Assembly: GCA_963796105.1 (NCBI GenBank)
Contig: CAWCKJ010000002.1
Coordinates: 288,001 to 352,000, forward strand
Direction of reading: 5' to 3'
DNA length: 64,000 nt
From: a candidate division FCPU426 bacterium
GTDB lineage: Bacteria; Oederibacteriota; Muellerivitia; Muellerivitales; Muellerivitaceae
The notes beneath the pieces are model-generated. The model saw only the letters and a list, made by a program, of their open reading frames with translations, did no database searches and was not told where the DNA came from. Of the stretch, positions 10,610-21,438 are shown piece by piece. Position numbers and translations under genes: made by a program. Within the stretch, counting starts at the first letter, position 1, and every line of letters begins with the position of its first letter.

Positions 10610-11290
10610 TTAGGATTGAAGTTTCTTGGAATTTTCTGACAACCTGTAATCTTTTTCATACTGTGAGTTTGCTTGTCGAAGGGCCATTTCGGCATGAATT
10701 CCCTTTTGTTGGGCCACGCGGACGAATTCAAACAGGAATTTCCCGGCGGCTTTTTCCTGCTCCCTTATATTTCCTCTTAAGATTCTGTTGAAATACTTCC
10801 ATACTTTGCCTTGTTTTCTTGTCGGATTGGCTGATCTGGGTTTTGTGGTTTTGTCCAACATCCGCTGGGTCCGCAGAAGCGCCGGAAGAGACTTGGGAAG
10901 ACCGTCCAACACTGATTTTCGTTTGGGCTTTTCCACTCGCTTGATTTCCTCCCACTTGCGGTTTATCTGGTCTATACGGCGGCTTGATTTGCCGAAAACG
11001 TGGGGATGGCGTCGTACCAGCTTATCTCCGATGGCTTTTGCAACGTCCTGAAGGCTGAAATTACCATTTTCTTTAGCGATTTGGGCGTGAAAGACCACTT
11101 GCAAGAATAGGTCGCCCAATTCCTCGCGAAGATGGTCTGAATCGCCGGTTTCAATAGCTTCAAGCGTTTCGTAGGCTTCTTCCAGGAGATAGGGCCTAAG
11201 GCTTTTATGATTTTGTCTTTTGTCCCAAGGACAGCCTTTTTTAGACCGTAATCTGGACATGATTATTTCTAGGCGTTTTGTAAAATCCAT
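10610..11290 (-). CDS. mazG: MazG-family nucleoside triphosphate pyrophosphohydrolase
   Basis: LRSKKGCPWDKRQ, EEAYE, EELGDL, KLVRRHPHVF; second domain degenerate. Confidence 0.9.
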   Translation of the reverse strand: MDFTKRLEIIMSRLRSKKGCPWDKRQNHKSLRPYLLEEAYETLEAIETGDSDHLREELGDLFLQVVFHAQIAKENGNFSLQDVAKAIGDKLVRRHPHVFGKSSRRIDQINRKWEEIKRVEKPKRKSVLDGLPKSLPALLRTQRMLDKTTKPRSANPTRKQGKVWKYFNRILRGNIREQEKAAGKFLFEFVRVAQQKGIHAEMALRQANSQYEKDYRLSENSKKLQS

Positions 11291-11356
11291 GTTGTCTCCA
11301 GTGGTTTTGGAATTTAACATGGGTGGCATCCATTTCCAACCCAATTCAAGAGGGAT

Positions 11357-13123
11357 TTGATGATTTTAAACGATTGGAAAAATATCCTCCTCAAATCGCC
11401 TGGCGCGAAACAGGCTAAGGCACATTTGATTCGGCAGGGCCATAGTGAATCGGAGGCCAATCTGGGTGGTTTGGCAGTGGGCGTCCTATTCTTTCTTCTC
11501 CTTATTATCCTCTTCAATAGCTTTCTTTTTGGAATCATGATCGCTTTTTCCAAAGATCTTTGGAACTACTGCCGAGAAAACACGGTTGAGGCAACGGGTA
11601 TAGGGATCTTCGGTACCGTCATTTTTTTGGCCATTCTTTTCAGAAGCCTGGAAACAAGATCTGTCAAATTGAAGGAACAGGATTTGGAAAGCCGGCGCAA
11701 ACGCCATCAATTAGACGAAAAAAGACAATATATTCGAAAAGGCGCTATGGGTAATTTCGAGGAGGTTTTTTGTTTTTTCCTATCGGAAAAATATCCTGAT
11801 ATCGAGATCAAGTCGATCCATACCATTGATTTGACGCCCCGTATCCGTTTCGCCGCGAGGAAGTTTATCCCGGAAAAAGATACTGACGTGAATAAGAATT
11901 TTCAGCTTTTTCGCGAGGCACTCTTCAAGGACTCCTTGAGTCTTATTGATATGTGTTTTGGAATTTCCGAAAACATTCCCTCGGTCATAGTGGATGCGAT
12001 GATGAGTTTTATTGATCGCAAGGCTAAATATTATGATGGCACGGTTTTAAGTGTGAAGGCCAAAAGAGAGACTTTCAAAGGTTTAGTTCTGGGTAAAACT
12101 TCGCCTTTCAAGGCTCTGACTTCTTTCGATCTTCGTTATAACGACGGCATGGAGGTTCAACCCTTGCCGGAGGATGTCAGCAAGCAAGCGCGGGTCATAG
12201 AAAAGCTGATCGAAAAGGCCCCGAAGATCAACGTTTTTTATGAGACCAAACGCACAGCCATATCCGATGGCTGGGAAAAGCCTAAGGTCCTTTCAGACGT
12301 CCCCGAGAAAGCCATTGATACTCTCCGCGAAAGGCAAATGAGTGAAATGCCTTTAGCTGAGTTTCAAGACCTGGCTGTGGGCCTACTTGGTAAGCTCGGA
12401 TTTGATGTTCGGAAGGTAAAAAAAGTACCAGGCGGAACAATTCAGATCCAGGCGGATTTTCCCCATCCGGTCATTGGTGGAAGTTTCATGGTTCTTGCGC
12501 GGCAATATCCAGAAACGGCTCCGGTGCATGTAGATTTAGTCCGAGAGTTGGACGAGTTGACTAGGGAGGAATCCTGCAAAAGAGGGATCTATATCGTTAC
12601 GGGACAATTTACGGAGGAAGCTGTGAATTCCACCAGGAAATTGGCTGTGGATTTGGTGGATGGCCGGAAGATCGCTGAATTATTGGATGGGCCTCCTTAT
12701 GAAGACCGCTGGACTATCCGGGTGGTGGATGAAAGCGGGAAGGTGATGGATTTAAACCGGATGTCCCTTCTGGATTTTCAGCAGGAAGTGGATCAATTCC
12801 TGAAAAGCATGGGATTTAAGATCTCGAAAATCCGGCGGGACCCCGGCGGGTCCGTTGTCGCGGTGGCTGAGCATCCGCATCCGGTCACTGGCGGTAAATT
12901 TGCCGTTCTGGCTCGGCAATTTCCGGCTGACTCACGAGTTGAAGCAGAGGTGGTCAGCGAATTCGCTATGATCATGAAAACCGAATTTTGCCAGCGCGGT
13001 ATTTTAATGGTGCCGGCTGATTTCGCCCGGGATGCCCAGGCTCTCTCCCGCTTCTCCGGGGTTGAGCTGGTTGACCGGAACACTTGGGAAAATCTTCGCC
13101 GCCATAGGGAAAAGAATATCTGA
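11357..13123 (+). CDS. Membrane-anchored protein with two tandem Mrr-like restriction endonuclease folds
   Basis: Two N-terminal TM helices; two repeats of EFQ..V..LL..LGF.V..GG..HP..GG.F.VLARQ..C.RGI....F...A...V.LVD. Confidence 0.65.
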   Translation: MMILNDWKNILLKSPGAKQAKAHLIRQGHSESEANLGGLAVGVLFFLLLIILFNSFLFGIMIAFSKDLWNYCRENTVEATGIGIFGTVIFLAILFRSLETRSVKLKEQDLESRRKRHQLDEKRQYIRKGAMGNFEEVFCFFLSEKYPDIEIKSIHTIDLTPRIRFAARKFIPEKDTDVNKNFQLFREALFKDSLSLIDMCFGISENIPSVIVDAMMSFIDRKAKYYDGTVLSVKAKRETFKGLVLGKTSPFKALTSFDLRYNDGMEVQPLPEDVSKQARVIEKLIEKAPKINVFYETKRTAISDGWEKPKVLSDVPEKAIDTLRERQMSEMPLAEFQDLAVGLLGKLGFDVRKVKKVPGGTIQIQADFPHPVIGGSFMVLARQYPETAPVHVDLVRELDELTREESCKRGIYIVTGQFTEEAVNSTRKLAVDLVDGRKIAELLDGPPYEDRWTIRVVDESGKVMDLNRMSLLDFQQEVDQFLKSMGFKISKIRRDPGGSVVAVAEHPHPVTGGKFAVLARQFPADSRVEAEVVSEFAMIMKTEFCQRGILMVPADFARDAQALSRFSGVELVDRNTWENLRRHREKNI

Positions 13124-13187
13124 ACCCCTTGACAGAAGTTGCGAGTCGAAGTAATCATTGTAAACAAATCACCCTAGGAGGTCCAAC

Positions 13188-13607
13188 GTGTCACCCAAAC
13201 GCCGTCATAAAAGTGAATTTATGGATGACGACGAACCCATTGAGGATGAGCTGGAGGAAGAGGATGATGAGGAAGATGAGGACGACGATCTTGATGATGA
13301 GGAAACCATTGATCTAGATAAGGCCAAAAAAGAGGAAGAAGACGATGACCCTGATGAGGATGACGAGGAGGAAGCACTAGGCGATTCTGTTGCTGATATC
13401 GAACGCCGCCGCCTTTTCCAGCATGAGGCGGAAGATTTGATGGAAAACTTAACTTTAGATGATATCCGTGAAGTCCTGAAAGAGAACGGGGTGGATACGG
13501 ATCTCGCCTCCCGTGTAAAAAAACTCCTAGTAGAAATCATCGGCGAGGGTGAAGCTGCGTCCATGGACGAGGTTTGGGAAGAAGCCCTTGAAAGATTGGA
13601 AGATTAA
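13188..13607 (+). CDS. Highly acidic hypothetical protein
   Basis: AGGAGG RBS before GTG start; long D/E tract; terminator follows. Confidence 0.75.
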   Translation: MSPKRRHKSEFMDDDEPIEDELEEEDDEEDEDDDLDDEETIDLDKAKKEEEDDDPDEDDEEEALGDSVADIERRRLFQHEAEDLMENLTLDDIREVLKENGVDTDLASRVKKLLVEIIGEGEAASMDEVWEEALERLED

Positions 13608-13626
13608 AACGCAATCAGGAAAAACG

Positions 13627-13654
13627 CCGGGCGGGAGCTCCGTCCGGTTTTTTT
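13627..13654 (+). terminator. Intrinsic terminator
   Basis: CCGGGCGG-GAGCT-CCGTCCGG plus T run. Confidence 0.75.
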
Positions 13655-13718
13655 ATAGACTAAATCCATAACCAAGTCTTATCTGGAACTGTTCCTTTAT
13701 GCTAAACTTGTCCGCGAA

Positions 13719-14246
13719 ATGATCAAAGATTACTTTGAAAAACTTAAAGCCGTTTGGACAAAAACGCCGGAATTTTACGAAAGCATCTTAAGCCGGGATA
13801 ATTCCTCTGATGCGGCGCGCTTCGCGGCGTTGACCGGCGTTCTTGTGGCTTTGGAATTGGGTTTGGTGGAAGCCGCTAATAAAGGCTCGATTTCCATGGT
13901 GGCCATGGTTGTTGGAATAATGCTCGTAGTCGCGCCATTTTTGACATTGACCTGGGTTTATCTTTGGTCCGCGTTTATACGGTTATGTGGAATGCTCCTG
14001 GGTGAAAAACTGCCCTTGAAACCTCTCCAATTAGTTGTATCGTACTCCTCGGCAGGGTTAGTGACCCTCGGAATTGGTATATTTTGGGGAAAGTGGCTAG
14101 CTTTGATAGTGGTGTTTTTCCAGATGCTGGGGACTGAAAGGGCCTTAAAATGCTCCAGGAAGACCGCGGCGGTTTACGTGATGCTTCCCGTCTCATTGGT
14201 GATGATCTTGCTTGGTTTATTTACAATCATGTTCAAGGTGTTTTAA
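13719..14246 (+). CDS. Yip1-like membrane protein
   Basis: Multi-TM; WTKTPEFYE N-terminal pattern typical of Yip1 domains. Confidence 0.55.
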   Translation: MIKDYFEKLKAVWTKTPEFYESILSRDNSSDAARFAALTGVLVALELGLVEAANKGSISMVAMVVGIMLVVAPFLTLTWVYLWSAFIRLCGMLLGEKLPLKPLQLVVSYSSAGLVTLGIGIFWGKWLALIVVFFQMLGTERALKCSRKTAAVYVMLPVSLVMILLGLFTIMFKVF

Positions 14247-14624
14247 ATGGCAAAATCCGACACGGTTAAAATAACTAGTTCTATTCATCATGAGGCCAAG
14301 CCTAAAAATTTCTCACGAAAATTCGTTTCGGCTCAAGTTTTTGAGACCGTTCATCCCGAGTTAGGCGCCAACCGAAATCTCGTGACCTCCTTCCGTTGGG
14401 GATGGTACCTGTTATCCCTTATCATTCCATTCGCCGGCATTTTTATAGGACTGTTTCTTTATGACCAAGATTCCAAGGAAGTTCGCAAAGTGGGAAGGAA
14501 TTCCCTTTTGCTTGGTTTCCTGGTTTGGGTGGCATTCCCGCTGTTTCTGTTCATGGCTTTATTTTTCTTGGGGACCATGACAGCCCTTTCTTGGTTATCC
14601 GACGTGATTCCTCCAATGAATTGA
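14247..14624 (+). CDS. Hypothetical membrane protein
   Basis: Two hydrophobic segments; abuts the upstream stop codon. Confidence 0.6.
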   Translation: MAKSDTVKITSSIHHEAKPKNFSRKFVSAQVFETVHPELGANRNLVTSFRWGWYLLSLIIPFAGIFIGLFLYDQDSKEVRKVGRNSLLLGFLVWVAFPLFLFMALFFLGTMTALSWLSDVIPPMN

Positions 14625-14683
14625 CAGTTGTTTGTTCGGGAACTCCGCTGAAAATCCAACCTATTTAATTGAAGGATCATTAA

Positions 14684-15415
14684 TTGCCCTCAATACTAAT
14701 TACAGGCGGCACCAGGGGAATAGGTTTAGCCCTCATAAAAAACTTTGCGGGCAGGGGCTGGAAGGTGGCGACCTGCTACCATCAGGATGAGGAATCTGCA
14801 GTCACGGCTCTCATTGAGATTTCAAAACTTAACGGGGATTTCCTGTTGAAAAAATGCGATGTGACGGATGAAACGCAGGTGAACTTGTTTGTGGAGGAAG
14901 CTGCGGATCGTTGGAATGGACTGGATTGTGTCATTCACAACGCCGGATCGACCCGGAACGCCAGGATTCTGAATATTGAAGAGGCTCATTGGGAAGATAC
15001 CCTGGCGGTCCATTTAAAGGGCGCCTTTTTAATCTCCAAGGCTGGGGTCAAAACCATGCTCCGCCGTAATACAGGCCATTTGATATTTATTTCCTCTATT
15101 GTAGGCACCACCGGAAACATCGGGCAGGGAGCTTATTCGGCCGCCAAGGCGGGATTGTTTGGGCTATCTCGAAGCTTGGCCTGGGAATATGGGCCCAAGA
15201 ACATTCGATCGAATGTTGTTTGCCCTGGTTTTCACAAAACAAGGCTTTCCGCTGGACTGACTCCTGAGGCTGAGGATGCTATCCGCATGAAACATTTCTT
15301 GAATAAGACGGCCGACCTCGGGGAGGTCGCCGATTTTGTGGTCTGGCTGGCGGGCACAAACACTATATCTGGACAGGTTTTCAATCTAGATTCGAGAATT
15401 CCCGGCCTGATGTGA
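14684..15415 (+). CDS. fabG: 3-oxoacyl-ACP reductase-like SDR
   Basis: TGGTRGIG Rossmann motif, GNIGQGAYSAAK catalytic YxxxK. Confidence 0.75.
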   Translation: MPSILITGGTRGIGLALIKNFAGRGWKVATCYHQDEESAVTALIEISKLNGDFLLKKCDVTDETQVNLFVEEAADRWNGLDCVIHNAGSTRNARILNIEEAHWEDTLAVHLKGAFLISKAGVKTMLRRNTGHLIFISSIVGTTGNIGQGAYSAAKAGLFGLSRSLAWEYGPKNIRSNVVCPGFHKTRLSAGLTPEAEDAIRMKHFLNKTADLGEVADFVVWLAGTNTISGQVFNLDSRIPGLM

Positions 15416-15473
15416 CATTCTTCGCCCTCAGCGTGAAAATTGTAAAACTTTTCATACTCGGATCGTAAATCAA

Positions 15474-16655
15474 ATGACATCTGATAAGAAAATATTTGTG
15501 ACCGGAGTGGGTATGGTTACGCCCCTCGGATTGGACTGTGCGTCAACCTGGAAAGCCTTGATCAGCGGGATAGGCGCCGGTGAGATTCTTAAAGGTTCGG
15601 AATGGGATCGGTTTAACAACCCCGTAGCCTGTCGGATTCTGGATTTCAAACCTTTTGGCGGATTGGAAAAGCGGGATAGGTCACTTCAATTGGCGGTGGC
15701 TTCCGCGAGGGAAGCCTGGAATCAAGCGGGATTGAAGCAAGTTTCCCCAGAAAGGATCGGCACGACATTTTCCTCAAGTAAGGGGGGGATTCTAAGTCTT
15801 CTTGCCGCAACGAGTTATACTGAAAGGACGGATTTTTTATCAGATTTTTTCCCCCACGCTGGAGGAAGGATTTTTCAAAAGCTCCTGGGATTTACCGGTC
15901 CCTGTCTTTCGGTTTCCTCGGCCTGCTCCACAGGGCTGGGAAGCCTTGTGGCCGGTGCGACTCTATTAGCGGATGGAGGATGTGACGCAGTTATCGCCGG
16001 TAGTACAGAATCATCTATTCACCCCTTGATATACGCAGCGTTTCAGAACATGCGCTTGCTTTCCCGCCGGGAGATGGGACCATCTCCATTTGGCGTGGGC
16101 AGAGATGGGTTTTTAATGGGAGAGGGGTCGGCTGTACTTGTTTTAGAGAGGGAAAGACCGGATTCTACTAGAATGATCAAAACCCTGGCCAGCTTGTCAG
16201 GTTGGGCCTTAGGCGGGGATGGCTATGACTGGGTGGAGTTGAACCCTAAAGGAAATGCCATTATTCGGATTATTTGGAAAGCCCTGGAAGAAGCCGGCCT
16301 GAAACCGCAAGATATCGGGTATATCAACGCCCATGGAACCGGAACGAGGCAAAATGATTTAATTGAGGCCAATGCCATCCGTGAGGTGTTCGGTTCGCCG
16401 GGGCCTTGGGTGAGCTCCACGAAAAGTTCCACGGGTCATTTACTGGGAGCTGCTGGAAGCGTGGAGGCGGTTCTTTCGATTTTAGCAATTATTCAGGGAG
16501 AACTGCCGGAAACGCGGAATTTAATAACTCCCGATCCCGAATGCCGGATTCGGCACGTTGAAAGAGGAGGGATGCGCCAAAGGGTGGAACACGTCCTCTC
16601 TCTTTCTTATGGTTTCGGAGGTCAATTGGGAGCTGTTATTTTCTCGAGAATTTGA
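15474..16655 (+). CDS. Beta-ketoacyl-ACP synthase (FabF-like)
   Basis: SACSTG (Cys), INAHGTGT (His), GHLLGAAG (His), SYGFGG. Confidence 0.88.
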   Translation: MTSDKKIFVTGVGMVTPLGLDCASTWKALISGIGAGEILKGSEWDRFNNPVACRILDFKPFGGLEKRDRSLQLAVASAREAWNQAGLKQVSPERIGTTFSSSKGGILSLLAATSYTERTDFLSDFFPHAGGRIFQKLLGFTGPCLSVSSACSTGLGSLVAGATLLADGGCDAVIAGSTESSIHPLIYAAFQNMRLLSRREMGPSPFGVGRDGFLMGEGSAVLVLERERPDSTRMIKTLASLSGWALGGDGYDWVELNPKGNAIIRIIWKALEEAGLKPQDIGYINAHGTGTRQNDLIEANAIREVFGSPGPWVSSTKSSTGHLLGAAGSVEAVLSILAIIQGELPETRNLITPDPECRIRHVERGGMRQRVEHVLSLSYGFGGQLGAVIFSRI

Positions 16656-16671
16656 TTATAAAAAAGAAAAA

Positions 16672-17838
16672 ATGGAAAAAACCATGGGCTTAATTGACAG
16701 CCTGCGCGAAAAACTTGATGAATTGGAAAGACAGGGACTTCGGCGGCGTTTGCGGGAAGTTGATTTTCTTGGCGGAATGAGGGCCGTTCTCCAAAACAGG
16801 GAATGCGTCCTATTTTGCACCAACAATTACCTCGGTTTAGCGGATCATTCACACGTATTGGAACGTTCACAACAGGCCTTGCTTCGTTTTGGGGCTGGTG
16901 CTCAGGCGTCCCGCCTCGTTTCAGGCCATTTTCCCATCCATCGGCAGTTGGAAGAGAAAACCGCGGCCTTCAAGGGTTCGAAAACATGTCTAGCCTTTCC
17001 GACTGGATACATGGCTAACTTGGCGGCAGTTTCCACCCTGGCGGGGGAAGGGGATGCGATCCTTTGCGATCGCCTCAATCACGCCAGCCTCATTGACGCA
17101 TGCCGAATGTCCAAGGCTAAACTCCTGGTTTATGATCATCTCAATATGGACGACCTTGAAAAGCAGCTGGTAAGGTCGGAGAAATACCACACCAGCCTGA
17201 TTGTTACGGATGCTTTTTTCAGCATGGATGGAGACTTGGCGCCTTTACTGAAAATAATTGAACTGGCACAAGATTATGAAGCTCTGGTGATAGTGGACGA
17301 CGCACATGGCACAGGTGTCCTGGGTCCGGGGGGCAGAGGTATCACGCATCATTTCCCGTTGAAGCATTTTCCGGATGTTGTGATGGGCACCTATAGCAAG
17401 GCACTGGGAAGCCTAGGAGGGTTTTTGTGCGGCGAAAGTGAATTTATCGATTATTTATTGAATAAAGCCCGTTCTTTCATTTATACAACAGGCCTTCCGC
17501 CGGCTGTATGCGGCGCCTCGCTGGGAGCATTGGAAGTCCTTGAAAAGGAACCGGCAAGAGTAGAACGTTTATGGGAGAATGCCAGAAAAATACGGGAAGG
17601 TCTGAGGAGTTTGGGTTTCGATATTCCCAAGGGCGCCGGACCCGTCATACCCGTTCTTGTGGGAGAGAACGAGGAGGCGGTCAAGATGTCGGATAAACTT
17701 TTAGAGGAGGGTATTCTCGTTGTGGCGATACGGCCTCCGACGGTGCCAAAGGGAACAGCCCGTTTGAGGTTATCTGTTTCAAGCGAACATTCAAAAACAG
17801 ATATTGATCAACTGTTTACCGCGTTCAAAAAATTGTAG
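16672..17838 (+). CDS. bioF: 8-amino-7-oxononanoate synthase
   Basis: NNYLGL, DRLNHASLID, FSMDGD, VDDAHG, GTYSKALG, IRPPTVP. Confidence 0.95.
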   Translation: MEKTMGLIDSLREKLDELERQGLRRRLREVDFLGGMRAVLQNRECVLFCTNNYLGLADHSHVLERSQQALLRFGAGAQASRLVSGHFPIHRQLEEKTAAFKGSKTCLAFPTGYMANLAAVSTLAGEGDAILCDRLNHASLIDACRMSKAKLLVYDHLNMDDLEKQLVRSEKYHTSLIVTDAFFSMDGDLAPLLKIIELAQDYEALVIVDDAHGTGVLGPGGRGITHHFPLKHFPDVVMGTYSKALGSLGGFLCGESEFIDYLLNKARSFIYTTGLPPAVCGASLGALEVLEKEPARVERLWENARKIREGLRSLGFDIPKGAGPVIPVLVGENEEAVKMSDKLLEEGILVVAIRPPTVPKGTARLRLSVSSEHSKTDIDQLFTAFKKL

Positions 17839-18567
<729 letters not shown>

Positions 18568-18585
18568 TCCTCGCCAGGCGGAAAA

Positions 18586-19950
18586 ATGAATTACAAAAAA
18601 CTATCGGCCCTGGACAAAAAATACCTTTGGCATCCCTTTACCCAGCAACGGGATTGGGAAGAAGACCCGGATGTTCCCATTATCAAAAAGGGTAAGGGTA
18701 CCTATCTTTACGACGCCATGGGGAAAAAATATCTGGACGGTGTTTCCTCCCTTTGGTGCAACGTCCATGGGCACAGGGTTCCTGTAATCGACGATGCGAT
18801 CAGGAGGCAGCTCGGTAAAATCGCCCATTCCACCCTTCTTGGGGCCTCCAACGAACCGGCGATTTTATTGGCGCGGAAACTGGTGGAAATCGCTCCGAAA
18901 GGATTGACTCGGGTTTTCTATTCCGATTCTGGTTCTGAAGCAAATGAAATCGCCGCAAAAATGGCGTTTCAGTACTGGAAGCAAGTCAATCCCGCTCTAC
19001 CTAGGAAGGACCTATTCCTGACGGTTCGGGAGGGTTACCACGGGGACACACTTGGCTCCGTCAGCCTCGGCGGAATAGATTTATTCCACGGTATCTACGG
19101 CCCTCTTCTCTTTAAAACCCTGAAAGTTAAAAGTCCGCACCAATATCCCAGCCGAAAAGTTTCGAACTCAGAATGGCTTCGGGATTGCGTTTATGAAGCC
19201 GAGGAAGTCTTCAGGAAATACTCGTTTCGGCTCGCTGCAGTTCATATGGAACCCCTGATCGAGGGGGCGGGAGGAATGTTGGCCCATCCCAGGGGATACC
19301 TTAAGGCTGTCAGGCGCTTGTGCGACCGCTACAAGGTGCTCTTAATCCTGGACGAAGTGGCAACGGGATTTGGGAGGACGGGAACCCTTTTCGCCTGCGA
19401 ACAGGAAGGGGTTTCGCCGGATCTTTTATGTCTGGCCAAGAATCTGACGGGCGGGTACCTGCCTGTCGCGGCCACTTTGACGACTGAAAAAATTTATCGG
19501 GCTTTCCTGGGGAAATTCGAGTCTCTGCGGACTTTTTACCACGGACATACTTTCACAGGGAACCAGCTGGGTTGCGTTGCGGCGCTGGCGAACCTGAAAT
19601 TGATCATGAAACCTGGGTTTCTGGAACGTGTCCGAGAAAAGGGACGTCTGTTGGAGTCTTTGCTGAAACCGTTGAAATCCCATCCCCACGTGGGGGACAT
19701 CCCTCTTCGCGGGCTCATGGGGGGGATTGAACTCGTTCAAGACAAGAAAACCAACGAACCTTACCCCTACCGTATCAAAATGGGATACAAGGTATGTGCC
19801 GAGGCGAAAAAGAAAGGCGTTCTGCTGCGCCCGCTGGGAAACGTGGTTGTCCTCATGCCTCCCCTTGGCATCCATAAAAAGGACTTGGCTTTCCTGGGGG
19901 ACGTCATTTCCTGGAGCATACGCCGGGCAACAGAGGTTCGTTTTTCATAG
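18586..19950 (+). CDS. bioA: Adenosylmethionine-8-amino-7-oxononanoate aminotransferase
   Basis: LWHPFTQ, DGVSSLWCNVHGH, YHGDT, DEVATGFGRTG, AKNLTGGYLP. Confidence 0.95.
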   Translation: MNYKKLSALDKKYLWHPFTQQRDWEEDPDVPIIKKGKGTYLYDAMGKKYLDGVSSLWCNVHGHRVPVIDDAIRRQLGKIAHSTLLGASNEPAILLARKLVEIAPKGLTRVFYSDSGSEANEIAAKMAFQYWKQVNPALPRKDLFLTVREGYHGDTLGSVSLGGIDLFHGIYGPLLFKTLKVKSPHQYPSRKVSNSEWLRDCVYEAEEVFRKYSFRLAAVHMEPLIEGAGGMLAHPRGYLKAVRRLCDRYKVLLILDEVATGFGRTGTLFACEQEGVSPDLLCLAKNLTGGYLPVAATLTTEKIYRAFLGKFESLRTFYHGHTFTGNQLGCVAALANLKLIMKPGFLERVREKGRLLESLLKPLKSHPHVGDIPLRGLMGGIELVQDKKTNEPYPYRIKMGYKVCAEAKKKGVLLRPLGNVVVLMPPLGIHKKDLAFLGDVISWSIRRATEVRFS

Positions 19951-19975
19951 GTGCTGTGTTAAAGTATGCCCGCCC

Positions 19976-21385
19976 ATGACTAAAAAAAATAAAATTAAAC
20001 AATATTCGAGCAAAACAGTAGCCTTGGTCAGCTTGGGATGCCCCAAAAATACCGTGGATTCCGAAGTGATGCTCGGGAAATTGGCCTTGGACCATTACCA
20101 GCTCGTGGCAGACCCGGCGGGAGCGGAGATCGTCATTGTCAACACTTGTGGTTTCATTGAGGCGGCGAAGAAGGAATCCATCGATACCATCCTTAAACTG
20201 GCAAAGCTCAAACAGACAGGAAATTTGAAGTCCCTGGTCGTGTCGGGATGCCTTGCCCAGCGTTATGGGGAAGAGCTCAGGAAGGAGTTGCCTGAGATCG
20301 ACATACTCTTCGGATTGAACGATGTGGAGAGGGTTTCTGAACGGATCAGGCCTTCCCTGGATGCGGGTAGTTCATTTGAGAAAGCCGTAATTGCCGGTCC
20401 GCTTCGGTTTAAGCAGAACTTGCTCGCATCTTCGCTTCCAAAAGCGACCTATGTTTATGACGCTTCCTCTCCCCGCCTTCTTTCAACACCGGCTCATTAC
20501 GCTTATGTGAAGATTTCCGAGGGATGCGATCTTCCCTGTACATTTTGCATTATCCCCAAAATCAGGGGAAGCCACAGAAGCCGCCCTCTTGAGGATATTG
20601 AAAAGGAAGCCGCGGATTTGGCCGCCCGTGGTGTAAGGGAAATTTGTCTGGTCGCCCAGGACAGCACTTGGTACGGCTCGGACTGCTATGGAAAACCCAG
20701 AATCTCGGAGCTTCTCGACCGCTTGTCGAAAATCAAGGCTTTGAACTGGATCCGGCTTCATTATCTTTATCCCAGCCGCGTCTCGGATGAGCTGATCGAT
20801 ATGATGGCTTCCCGAGAGAATATCTGCCCCTATTTTGATATTCCGCTGCAACACGCCAGCGACAGGATTCTCAAATCGATGAAAAGAATCGGGGACAAAA
20901 ACCTGTTGAAGGCCTTGGTGCAAAGGATCCGGGCACGTATCCCGAAGGCGTCTATTCGTTCCACCTTTATCGTCGGCTTTCCAGACGAAACGGATGAGGA
21001 CTTCGGTGAATTGCTAAATTTCTTGAGTGAAACCAATATGGATTATGTCGGCTTTTTCCCTTATTCTCAAGAGGAGAACACCCCGGCGGGTTTGATGGAT
21101 AAACAAGTTTCGGAAAATGTGAAGAAGGAAAGGCTGGCCCAGGCTAGCCTTCTCCAGGAGACCATTACGGAAAAATCCCACCAACGTTGGCTGGGGGAAC
21201 GGCTTGCCGTGGTTGTGGAATCAGAGGATGGCGGCGGCTTCCAGGGACGAACGAAGTACCAGGCTCCGGAGGTGGACGGAATCGTTCATCTGGAGGGGCT
21301 ACAAAGGGCGGGGATAGGACAGTGGGAGGAAGTTTCCATTACCCACACTCTCGGGCATGATTTAATCGGGAAGGTTATTCGTTAA
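19976..21385 (+). CDS. rimO: Ribosomal protein S12 methylthiotransferase
   Basis: VSLGCPKNTVDSE, NTCGFI, CDLPCTFC radical-SAM motif, QAPEVDG, TRAM domain. Confidence 0.95.
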   Translation: MTKKNKIKQYSSKTVALVSLGCPKNTVDSEVMLGKLALDHYQLVADPAGAEIVIVNTCGFIEAAKKESIDTILKLAKLKQTGNLKSLVVSGCLAQRYGEELRKELPEIDILFGLNDVERVSERIRPSLDAGSSFEKAVIAGPLRFKQNLLASSLPKATYVYDASSPRLLSTPAHYAYVKISEGCDLPCTFCIIPKIRGSHRSRPLEDIEKEAADLAARGVREICLVAQDSTWYGSDCYGKPRISELLDRLSKIKALNWIRLHYLYPSRVSDELIDMMASRENICPYFDIPLQHASDRILKSMKRIGDKNLLKALVQRIRARIPKASIRSTFIVGFPDETDEDFGELLNFLSETNMDYVGFFPYSQEENTPAGLMDKQVSENVKKERLAQASLLQETITEKSHQRWLGERLAVVVESEDGGGFQGRTKYQAPEVDGIVHLEGLQRAGIGQWEEVSITHTLGHDLIGKVIR

Positions 21386-21438
21386 GCGATTTGCCTTATG
21401 TAAACCTGATTATTTAAACTAATATGACTGATTAGTGA

